DNA of 64,000 bases, taken from Octopus bimaculoides. Its lineage: Eukaryota. Of the stretch, positions 53,256 to 64,000 are shown piece by piece. The DNA is taken from contig NC_068999.1 in NCBI RefSeq assembly GCF_001194135.2, forward strand, positions 16,050,268-16,114,267, written 5' to 3'. The notes beneath the pieces are model-generated. The model had not been told where the DNA came from. It ran no database searches and saw only the letters and a list, made by a program, of their open reading frames with translations. The translations under genes and the position numbers were made by a program. The stretch's first letter is position 1; each line of letters begins with the position of its first letter.

Positions 53256-53980
53256 ATGAAAGATAATTTCCTATCATCATTCTGTTAGTAATTTTTCTCA
53301 TTAGTGGTTAGAGTGAATGGATTTTGATAATTCACTTCTCGTTTATGTTATTTATCATCGGAATTATTTGAATCGTTATCAAAACATATTATTATTATTG
53401 CATCCCTTTATGCATGGTGACTGAGGAAAATATAATGAAATATCATTTGATACGTTTTGAATATTCAATGTTAAATCGAGAAATAATTTAGGATGTCACA
53501 ATTGCTTTAAGTGAAGACATTGCTTTCAGGTTTACATTAAATAAGAGACAGCTACCCTCCTTTGCTCATCAAGTATTGTACTTATGGAGTCAATATCGAT
53601 ACATGCCGGGAACTAAATAATATCAGTGACTTTTTATTACTCTTTTGTGTACGGTTGTTTAAAGTAGAAATTTTCGTTGAAGCACAACTTGAACTAGAAT
53701 GCGAATTGGTTTCGATTTAACGTAAGACATACACAGAAAAAATGTACAAATATATTATATAGTACAAAGCTATATATNNNNNNNNNNNNNNNNNNNNNNN
53801 NNNNNNNNNNNNNNNNNNNNNNNNNNNNNNNNNNNNNNNNNNNNNNNNNNNNNNNNNNNNNNNNNNNNNNNNNNNNNNNNNNNNNNNNNNNNNNNNNNNN
53901 NNNNNNNNNNNNNNNNNNNNNNNNNNNNNNNNNNNNNNNNNNNNNNNNNNNNNNNNNNNNNNNNNNNNNNNNNNNNNNNN

Positions 53981-54038
<58 letters not shown>

Positions 54039-54444
54039 GTGCGTGTGTGTGTGTGCGTGTGTAATATAGAATAATATGTATAATATACGGGTTAGATGAT
54101 TTAATTAAGATCCTCAGCTACATTAAACAAAGCATCTAACAAAATATATCTTCTTTCCACATGATATCAAAAATAAAGGATGTCTATTTTTCTATGTGCG
54201 TAGCATAGTTACATGCCTAGCGGTCAGAAAATGTCCCAAAAATTAGGACGAGACCCAGAGGGGATTAATTTGTGATGCATGATATATACATGATTAATAT
54301 GTTACATAATCTCTCCCTTTCTCTCTCACTCTCTGTTTTTCTTTCACTCTCTCTTTCTATCTGTATGTATATATATATATGACACAAAAGGTGTTTAATA
54401 TGTGTAACAGCTGTTTCCTTAGAACTATACTGAAGTATCCATAG

Positions 54445-54615
54445 ATTGGATATTAGCATAAATCCACCATCTTCAGGTACAAATTTAAGCAGGTACAAAC
54501 AGGTGAGTTAAACATTTCATGACGAATCCAGTGTAATATTGGACCATGTGTTTTATCACATCTATTTAAATTTTTACCCGAAGATGGTGAATTTATGGTA
54601 TGATGTATTCATAGA
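54445..54615. mobile_element. Short foldback with decayed HHR-like CTGAAGA arms
   Basis: agcataaatccaccatcttcaggtacaaatttaa (54455-54488) and the reverse complement of 54566-54599 match at 30 of 34 positions; the spacer shows weaker self-pairing. Confidence 0.7.
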
Positions 54616-54899
54616 TTACGTCAATTAATAAGCCCTACTGGAGCAATTCTCGTGAATTTTAAATTCCTTTGTTCTTCTTTTCTGTACCCATGCCGTACCT
54701 TCAACCATTCCTGAGGTCGATCCACGGTTTAAATTGGTTTTGGTGCCTACATATGTTAGTGCAGCATCTTACCAACACATCATACCTTCAAGCTTGTTTT
54801 ACCACACTGTGAAATCTACTTTATTTTACGTTAACCTTTTCTAGAGTCGTACATGTTTATGTGCCTAGATTATTATACATGGTAAAACGAATATACATG

Positions 54900-54934
<35 letters not shown>

Positions 54935-56608
54935 NNNNNNNNNNNNNNNNNNNNNNNNNNNNNNNNNNNNNNNNNNNNNNNNNNNNNNNNNNNNNNNNNN
55001 NNNNNNNNNNNNNNNNNNNNNNNNNNNNNNNNNNNNNNNNNNNNNNNNNNNNNNNNNNNNNNNNNNNNNNNNNNNNNNNNNNNNNNNNNNNNNNNNNNNN
55101 NNNNNNNNNNNNNNNNNNNNNNNNNNNNNNNNNNNNNNNNNNNNNNNNNNNNNNNNNNNNNNNNNNNNNNNNNNNNNNNNNNNNNNNNNNNNNNNNNNNN
55201 NNNNNNNNNNNNNNNNNNNNNNNNNNNNNNNNNNNNNNNNNNNNNNNNNNNNNNNNNNNNNNNNNNNNNNNNNNNNNNNNNNNNNNNNNNNNNNNNNNNN
55301 NNNNNNNNNNNNNNNNNNNNNNNNNNNNNNNNNNNNNNNNNNNNNNNNNNNNNNNNNNNNNNNNNNNNNNNNNNNNNNNNNNNNNNNNNNNNNNNNNNNN
55401 NNNNNNNNNTATATATATCAATTTGGTTCCAAAGTAATATAATGGAATGAATGCGATCCAATTAGAACAGAGATTATTGCAAGTCAACACAGTTTCGAAT
55501 AATTCTGGAATATATTGAACTTATATTGATTTCCCATATCTTAGAATGTGTGTCATCATAATAAATATTATTGTGATATTCGTCCATATATGTCATCCTG
55601 TTCTTGCGTAATCTCTCTGATTATATATTAATCTAACTAATGGAATTTGTAGATTAAGGTAGCCAACTTCAAAATTTCGGTCATCCAGACTTTGTGGAGA
55701 ATTATACATGTATATGCATTATACATAGATACATGCATGCACGTTTGTATATATATACATATACGTATGTCTGTATGATTATATATATTATTATATGATT
55801 AAATATGTTTATATGATTATTTGCGCTTTTGTATTATATTTTATATTAAAATGAATAAGAGTCAATATAAACGGGGATTACCGCAATATTGAGTTATTTA
55901 AAGTGGATTAAATGAAATTTAACCTTGCTGGTTAGGAAAGTAGTTTACTGCAGGTCATATACTCAGAAAAATGGAATCAAATATAATATCTTCACTAAAA
56001 GTGATGCTAGTGTTTCTTAATATTTTGCTATATCTTGGGCTCCGAGTGGATCAGAAATCTTAATGTGTAATCATAATACATTGCTTTTTTCACAATGCCT
56101 TTCTATCGTCGTCAAATATGACAAATTTCACACAAATATGTATGGCAGCGTCCATCTGTAGTGGCTATCGAATCTCACATTCCAAGTGACTACATCTACA
56201 TTAAAATAATGTGTTAGCTATCTCCATAATAGAATATGAAAGCTTAGCCGTTTCCGCACTTGTCACAACTATTCCTGTGATAACTCTTAAGCACACCGGG
56301 GTCCGGTATACTTGAAGTCAAGTTTCGTCTTTAACATAGGAGGGAAATACGATAATCCACCATATCAGCAATCAAGTACATATTATATTTCCTAAGACCT
56401 TACTCTAGTTGGAACTATCTGAAATAAAATTGTAACACATATGGACGTTCGGGAATAAATTTATATCAATGAAACATGTAAAACCCCAATGTAAGAGACA
56501 AATTGTTAGAAAGATGTTCTCCAGTGTATGCAGTAACTCACACATCGGATATTGTGTATTATGTAGCATATGTTAATTACACTGCATCGTTTCCCATACA
56601 TACATATG

Positions 56609-56641
<33 letters not shown>

Positions 56642-58326
56642 NNNNNNNNNNNNNNNNNNNNNNNNNNNNNNNNNNNNNNNNNNNNNNNNNNNNNNNNNNN
56701 NNNNNNNNNNNNNNNNNNNNNNNNNNNNNNNNNNNNNNNNNNNNNNNNNNNNNNNNNNNNNNNNNNNNNNNNNNNNNNNNNNNNNNNNNNNNNNNNNNNN
56801 NNNNNNNNNNNNNNNNNNNNNNNNNNNNNNNNNNNNNNNNNNNNNNNNNNNNNNNNNNNNNNNNNNNNNNNNNNNNNNNNNNNNNNNNNNNNNNNNNNNN
56901 NNNNNNNNNNNNNNNNTATATATATACTTATTTAACCCTGATAGCTCATTCTTAAATCAAATGTGTATTCGTACATTTACGTAAATAAATGTATGTCATG
57001 TAACTTCTGCGGTAATGGTCGTGTGAGTCTACCAGCCTATACTGCTGTTCGTGTTCAGCATCATTATTGCTAAGAATATCCATGTGACAGGACAAACAAC
57101 GCTTCTGAATTTCATCTTGATGATAATTTTGTCTTGTAAATGTCCTCGATTAAGTTAAAGTAAAACTCAACTCTCCTGAATCAATATTGAAATAATACTA
57201 AAAAGAAGAGACGACAAGAAATGAAAAAAAAAAAGAAGACAATAATACATAAATGGATAAAATAAAACGACTTACGTTTATCTTCAATTATCTGAACGAG
57301 GACACTGATTTATAATTATATTGTCAAATTCTTAGACAGAAAATATCAATGAAGTTTTCATCAGTCAATTATATGGGCATACTGGAATTAACTTTCTTTC
57401 TTTTTCCAAAACATATTTTTTGTTATGTATTTTAATCTTCCTAAATTATCTAAAGCTATCCACTACGACTTATTATTTAGATTCGTGATTATTCAAACTG
57501 CTATATTATTCTTTCTCTGTTTTTAAATTTTTTTCCTTAATAATATATATTTGATGAAATAATTATTATACAAAAGAATTTAAACAGAACAAACAGCTAG
57601 CATGTAAAGTCAAAGATGAACAGCCGTTTAATATTGGAAAGTAATGTAGAACTTCTGAAAGGTTACCTGTTTTTCATTTATCAATCTTGTTATGTTTTTC
57701 AATAAACTTATGCTGATGTCTCAGTGTAAACAAAACTATATAATTTTCTTTGCTTTTCTACGTTGAAACCCAAATTGTTATTTTCAGTCTGTTAAAGAGG
57801 TTTTCAGAAATTGAATAATAATAGTTGGTTGAACATTTTTGAATAATTTAGTATTTTTAATGCATCGGTTCATTGTAAATATTTAATGTTAAAGTGAAAT
57901 GTGATGGTGAGAGATAGAGGGAAACTGATTATTTTCTCGCTGATCAAAGTCATGATTCGATTTCATTCCTCAATCACGACTCAGGTGGCAGAGTACGAAC
58001 ATCCAACAGCAGTAAGCTTGCTGCTGCTTCACTTGTTTTTGTATATGTGTGTACCATAACGAAATATCCCTTTAACTCTTCTCTAACGGCTGACGTGCAG
58101 ATCTAAAGAGTTAGACGTTCCAGCCGTACCTACTCCAAGCGAACATCACACAGTATTGTTAGCATATTATTCAATGTGTTATAGGTAGCAAAACGATGAT
58201 ATTCTGCATATTAATGTCAGTTCATTTCAATTTCGTTATTGTCGTTTTCCATCATTGATCACACGGCTCCTGACCCTAGTTTTGAGTCACAGTTTTAGAT
58301 ATTTCGTTGTATTGCTTTTTCACCAG

Positions 58327-58417
58327 ATGTTTTCCGTCTCTATGCGGTCTTATGCGAAACTTGTAAAAATAAATCAATATGAAATTGAAAATAGAGGCAG
58401 AGGCCATACTTCAAAAG
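58327..58417 (+). other. Candidate exon, 91 nt
   Basis: Acceptor gtattgctttttcaccag|A and donor AAG|gtatta. Frame 0 is open (MFSVSMRSYAKLVKINQYEIENRGRGHTSK); the phase-1 frame gives DVFRLYAVLCETCKNKSI*. Confidence 0.22.
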
Positions 58418-58916
58418 GTATTACCACTATCTATATTCTGTATAAAAATAACCAATACACTTAATTCTCATAAAATAATATTACTATGGACAGTTGCAAT
58501 GGGAGAGTGCTTGTCCACTGGCAATAACAAATATAAAACTGTCTTTATTTCTGCATTAAAACATATTGATAATAATACTCTCAATTTCAAGCACTGGCAT
58601 TAGGCCACCATTTCCGAGTGACAGCACAACTGAATACATGTCTGTCGATGATTTTATCGACACAAGTTACAGATGAATCACTCTACGTGGGTTATATTCA
58701 ATTGACTGTAGCCTATCTGCTGTGTATGATCTTTTGCCACATCCGAATGTGTTTTCAGGTTCGCATTTTTTTCTCTTCTGAATTCAAATATCACTAGAAA
58801 CTAACATGTTTTTATTGCTCCAGGATGTTGTGTCGCAACTTATCCATCCAGAATAATATAAGTCATATCTATCCGCTCTCAATGTCGATACATACATAGA
58901 AACATTCATACATAAA

Positions 58917-58953
<37 letters not shown>

Positions 58954-59000
58954 NNNNNNNNNNNNNNNNNNNNNNNNNNNNNNNNNNNNNNNNNNNNNNN

Positions 59001-59090
<90 letters not shown>

Positions 59091-59769
59091 ATTATTTTCA
59101 GCGTCACCGCAACTTACCTAATATAGAGAAAGGTGAATTTGGTACACTGACTACCCACTTTTACTGGAATTTCGAAGCAGATATTTAAACATGTCTTCTC
59201 CCAGGCGGATTAATTGAACTATCAATTGGGATCAGATGAGAATTCTGATCAAAAGAGTGGGGGCAGTAAGTAAATACAACGAAATAGTTTTTCCGACTTC
59301 TTACCATTTCTCTTGATACACTTTTGGACAAACGTACGCCTTTGAAATTAATTCTTCATCTAGGCAAGTAAGGCCAGTAATTTTGAGAAAAAGAGTTAAT
59401 TGTGTATTTCACTGGAACTTTAATTGTGTATTTCCCAGCAAGTTGACTGGCGTTGATCCCGATGGCATTTGAGAAAATGTTTTGCCTGAGAAGAAAGTTC
59501 CTGCCGCCAATCCTCTCGGTTGGGAAAGACGACAGCGCATTTATACATAGGTACTGTGCAGAAGGAAAATAAACTGCATTTCAACACTGTGATAAATGAT
59601 AATTAAATAATTAGAGACATTTATCCCTGATCAAATATATTTCGTAAATAAACCTGTGTAACAACATTTTTATTACTCTGGGTAGCAATAGTTATTTCCT
59701 ATTTACTTACTCCTCGAAAGTATGAAAATTGGCCAACATTTTGTTCCAGCTTTGCATTTGTTGTATTTA

Positions 59770-59945
59770 TTACAAACCTAAAGAAACCCTGTCAACACAT
59801 GGCTATCATTTCCCTCCACTATACCAGCTCATGATCATAGATATATATATTGTCAACCACTGAGGGACATGCTCAAGTGGTTACAATCAAGCAACTGATT
59901 AAAAAATCTGTGGTATTGAGTAGAACATTTGCTAAAGGATATTTC
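59770..59945. mobile_element. Interspersed repeat fragment
   Basis: tcaacacatggctatc...ccactgagggacatgctcaagtggttac...aatctgtggtattgagtagaacatttgc resembles a recurrent Octopus repeat as I recall it, possibly the same family as 12523-12713. Not verified. Confidence 0.4.
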
Positions 59946-60944
59946 TGCTTCAGTAACTTAGTTCTCTCTCTGTCTGAAGTGTAATGGAAAATAGGTCAGC
60001 TTCAAAACATTGATGCCTAGGTCGCAAAAGCAAAATGTGAAGGAAATAGTAGTTATTTCCTTTGATTTCCGGACAGAAGCAAATAAGAGATAATACTCAC
60101 TGACCAAAGACAAAGGCAAAATTGTTACAGAGCGTAATTAGAGTTTCATTGACTACCAGGCTGAAGAATAACAAAATTACGATAATTGAAACTTGGAAAG
60201 GTAACGAATTTAATAGAATGGATGGACCGTAGTTAGAGAAAAGACTGCATCCTGTGGCATTCTAAAGGTAGAATAAAAGAATTAAGTTTCGTATGTCATT
60301 GCTAGATGTCTGATCCAACTCGAAAATTCAGCATTGCCGATAGCTTAACTTTAGTAAGAGAAATCGTAAACATTTTATGACCTGTAGCCCGGTACATTAT
60401 TTAGTATATCTAAAACTTTATAAAGACAAACGTAAATATATTTCACATGCGACGTAAACAAAGTGGATATTGCTTAATTAATGAACACGCACGCACACAC
60501 GCACACACGCACAAACACACTGACACACACACAGAGACACACATACATACACACACACACACAAACAAACACACACACATTTGTATACATAAATTTTGTA
60601 TGTTTGTGTGTTTTTAATTATGTACGCCTATAAACATATTGGTGGGTAATTGCTCGTATAAGAGGAGAAATAGTGTTTACTAGACATATAGACTCCAGCT
60701 CTGTAAAGAATATTTTCATAAACGCGTTCTATTACAGATCATAGAATACGTATATGTTGGTGATAGATTCCATCGTAAGTATATTGCTGTATATCTGTAG
60801 AGAAACGCAGTACTTGTGAAATACATTCACCGACGTGAACGACGAAACAACGTTATTGAAAAATAATGAAAACATAAATGTATGTAATTTATGTGCGCAT
60901 GGATGAGTTCAGATGTGTATGTACATGTGTAATCATAATAGAAG

Positions 60945-60996
<52 letters not shown>

Positions 60997-62237
60997 GGAA
61001 AGAAAAGAAATAAAAGATATATGCAGAAATGCTGCTAGGTCCACGTTAAATAGAAATAAATTGTGCGACTTGAAACAAAGGTACAAACTCCTACGGATAT
61101 AATTATGTACATACATAAATGTAGATGAAAAGTAGAACATAGAAAATCAACAAGAAAACTGCACAACCTCGCACATATATACATACGCATACACACATTA
61201 TTAATGTGTCTGGCTGCACATGTGTGCAGTCACATTATCAAAGAAGCTGCTGCTAGTGCTCGCACAGCGTACTGTACTTCATGCTCTTACTGGCGTAAAA
61301 ATAAAAGCCTACAACAAGAAGATACGTAAAATCCTTATGGGTGTGTGTGTGTGTGTGTGTTTGCATGTGGTTGTCCGTTTATGTGCGCGATTTTGTTGAT
61401 ATATATATATATATGTGTATGTAAGTGTTTGTATCTGTCTGTTTGAGCACGATATGCCAGAGTGAAGAAAAAAATGCATTACAGACAGGCTAACAGCAAC
61501 TTCATTTGCGCAATTCTTTCTTAACAAAGGAACTATTGAGCAAGATACATGCGAGCGATTGATAGCAAGAGACTGAAAAACAATATATAGGAATATATAC
61601 GTACATATATATAATTTTACTTGCGTGTGTGCGCGTGTGTATGTATGAATGTATGTTGTGTGAGTGAGTGTATGTAAAACGAATGAGAAAACGCAGTAAA
61701 TGGCAAGGAAAAGAAAACCGAGCCAAATGCGATGATTCTTTCAAGTCACTCTATAGTACTTGGCGTCTAAATAGTCAGGCTCCAATCAATCTAGCAAGAC
61801 TTAGGAGAGTGTCGTTTGGATTTCATTGACGTTCTATTTATGAGGCTTGTAGATCGACTAAATATGTCCAAATAAACTCGTAGAAACCTGCAATTCTGGA
61901 TTTTTGTTTTATCCTCTTACGAACTCATTCTATTTAATTTCTGAATTACTTGAGTTCTCCAAACGTTTTACTATACATGAAATCGGTTGCGTGCAGAGCA
62001 ATTGTTATATGTGTTTGTATATATATATATATACACACATCCACGCGTGTGAGTGCGCATGCGCTCGAGTGTAATAATCGACTTTAGCTGAGTTTGCAGT
62101 TTATGACAATTGTTGTCCACTTTTAAAATTTTGGTGCATTTACAATTCATGCAAACACACCAACTACAACATGCAACAACTCACACGCACATACACAAAC
62201 ACACAAACACTCAACCACATATACAAGCATACGCACA

Positions 62238-62278
<41 letters not shown>

Positions 62279-62314
62279 ACATATATTTATATATATGTAT
62301 TCAAGTTATATAAG

Positions 62315-62670
62315 AGCAGACATGGATGTGCGGTAAGAAGCTTGCTTCCCAACCATATGGTACAGCTCAACTGCTTGGAACCTTGGACGAGTGTGTCCTA
62401 CTATAGCCTCGAGCCGACTGAAACCTTGTGAGTGGATTTGGTAGAGGAAAACTGAAAGAAGCCCGTCGCATATGTATGTATATATCTATGTTATTCTGCT
62501 TCTACCGCTTGACAACCGGTTTTGAAGCGTTAACGTTCCCGTAACATAGTCGTTCGGCAAAGAGAAACTAATAAAATAAGTAGCAGTCCTGGGTCCAATT
62601 TGGTCCTCAAAAGCCCTAGAAAGCGGTGCCCCAGCACGGCCGCAGTCAAATCACTGAAGCAAGTGAAAGA
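62315..62670 (+). mobile_element. SINE family A (diverged, short spacer)
   Basis: tggatgtgcggtaagaagcttgcttcccaacc...gccttgtgagtggatttggtagaggaaactgaaagaagcccgtcg...cagcacggccgcagtcaaatcactgaagcaag. Confidence 0.9.
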
Positions 62671-62684
62671 TTAAGAGTGTGTGG

Positions 62685-62912
62685 TATTTCTTTACTACCC
62701 ACATGGGGCTACAAACAGACGAGACAAACAAGGGCAGACAAACGGATTAAGTCGATTATATCGACCCCAGTGTGTAACTGGTACTTATTTAATCGACTCC
62801 GAAAGGATGAAAGGCAAAGTCGACCTCGTCGGAATTTGAACTCAGAACGTAGCGGCAGACGAAATACCGCTAAGCATTTCGCCCGGCGCGATAACGTTCC
62901 TGCCACCTCACC
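62685..62912 (-). mobile_element. Full-length SINE family B, best-preserved copy
   Basis: Reverse complement: ggtgaggtggcaggaacgttatcgcgccgggcgaaatgcttagcggtatttcgtctgccgctacgttctgagttcaaattccgacgaggtcgactttgcctttcatcctttcggagtcgattaaataagtaccagtt...gtagtaaagaaata. A- and B-boxes are present; the core resembles the MetaSINE domain (inference). Confidence 0.94.
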
Positions 62913-63057
62913 GATTAAGTGTGTGTGTGTGTGTGTGTGTGTGTGTATNNNNNNNNNNNNNNNNNNNNNNNNNNNNNNNNNNNNNNNNNNNNNNNNNNNN
63001 NNNNNNNNNNNNNNNNNNNNNNNNNNNNNNNNNNNNNNNNNNNNNNNNNNNNNTGTG

Positions 63058-63090
<33 letters not shown>

Positions 63091-64000
63091 ATGTGCACAT
63101 GTGCGCGTATTTGTGTGTAGGTGTAGGTGTGTAAGTGTGCTTTACGTAAGACATGCTACTTTTTCAGTTTGTTGATCCTGAATGGTACGGGTGCGAATGT
63201 TTTCCTAAACCCTTTTATGTTTAACACAGCTTTTCCTTATCTGCTCCTCGTTATCGTCTCTATTTCATTCTAATTCTCTTTCGTTTCCTTTTACCATGTT
63301 GTTTTAATTTTAGCGACTGTTGAGTATATTACATACCCTATTGATGATAACCTGCATGTCTCGTGTTATATGTGTTTCAGTATGATTTTGGTTATCTTTT
63401 TCAACAGTATCTTTCCCGGGCTTTTAGTTATCGCATAGTTGAATGCAAATAAATATTATCTAATGTTATGTATATTGTGATTTTGAATCACCGTTTGATG
63501 ATTGTGCTACTCGGTTTCACATTTTCTAAATATTTTGAGAATTTTCATATTACTGATGAAGTGTAAAAATAGGATATGTCACTTCCCTAATGGAGGTATC
63601 CCTTTATATGTATGAAACCTCTGGTCGTAGCAGTGACTCTTTCACATTGATGCCCGAATTCGATACTGTCCCAGCCTTTAACACACAGTGTGCTAAATGG
63701 AAGCGAGCAACATGACACACTCAAAAGCACAGCACGCTTTCAAGACCAAGAATCGAAACCAACATCTTATTTCGTCATCGAAATCTCCATTACTTAAATA
63801 TTAATCTATGTACCGTCTTGTTAAACAAAATGGCGGATATGGTTTTCATATTGTCAATTTATACCATGCAAATATAAATCTGTTATATATATATTTTTTT
63901 CCCTGAAAAATGTATAAAATCAAAATCCATTATAACTTCAAACAGTCGCAGTATTCATTAGAGTTTCATGAAAAATTCACTGCACTTTTGAAGATTCATT

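Larger units (their letters stand above)
728..63053. other. 22 assembly gaps (N runs) spread across the window
   Basis: N runs start at about 728, 3084, 10175, 16111, 17620, 23434, 24811, 26834, 30549, 35950, 40654, 42021, 42930, 46223, 46766, 47869, 51769, 53778, 54935, 56642, 58954 and 62949. Almost all are bordered by dinucleotide or trinucleotide microsatellites. Confidence 0.98.

Noticed and set aside
54477-54502. 26-nt segment with a cag| acceptor and a |gtgagt donor
   Set aside because: It lies inside the foldback element with a weak pyrimidine tract and is more simply explained as repeat sequence.
636-63175. Long ORFs containing X runs in the supplied track
   Set aside because: They are artefacts of translating N gaps plus flanking (AT)n/(GT)n repeats (YIYIY, CVCVC, THTHT).
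1-64000. tRNA genes, rRNA, CRISPR arrays or operon-like prokaryotic systems
   Set aside because: A/B boxes occur only in SINE heads without full cloverleafs. There are no regular repeat-spacer arrays, rRNA-like blocks or dense ORFs, and the sequence is clearly eukaryotic repeat-rich DNA.

Overview
AT-rich eukaryotic genomic DNA from a short-read draft assembly, with 22 N-gaps that are nearly all flanked by (AT)n/(GT)n/(GA)n microsatellites. The tRNA-headed SINE families and repeat content look like a coleoid cephalopod, probably Octopus (recalled similarity, not a search result). I cannot support any intact protein-coding gene: the supplied ORFs are gap-spanning, microsatellite-derived or decayed retrotransposon frames, so the window is best read as intergenic or deep intronic. 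It contains many SINE copies from three families, decayed reverse-transcriptase fragments (two Penelope-like, others LINE-like), simple repeats, two diverged tandem duplications and a few splice-signal-flanked candidate exons. The most notable signal is a set of hammerhead-ribozyme (HHR) motifs. One type I HHR on the minus strand (16007-16110) keeps all core boxes and stems. A 275-bp foldback (12986-13260) carries one minimal HHR per arm. A decayed HHR lies beside a Penelope-like RT remnant, and two further foldbacks (26.0-26.3 kb, 54.4-54.6 kb) keep partial HHR motifs. HHRs in Penelope-like pLTRs are known, so whether these particular elements are undescribed needs database checks.
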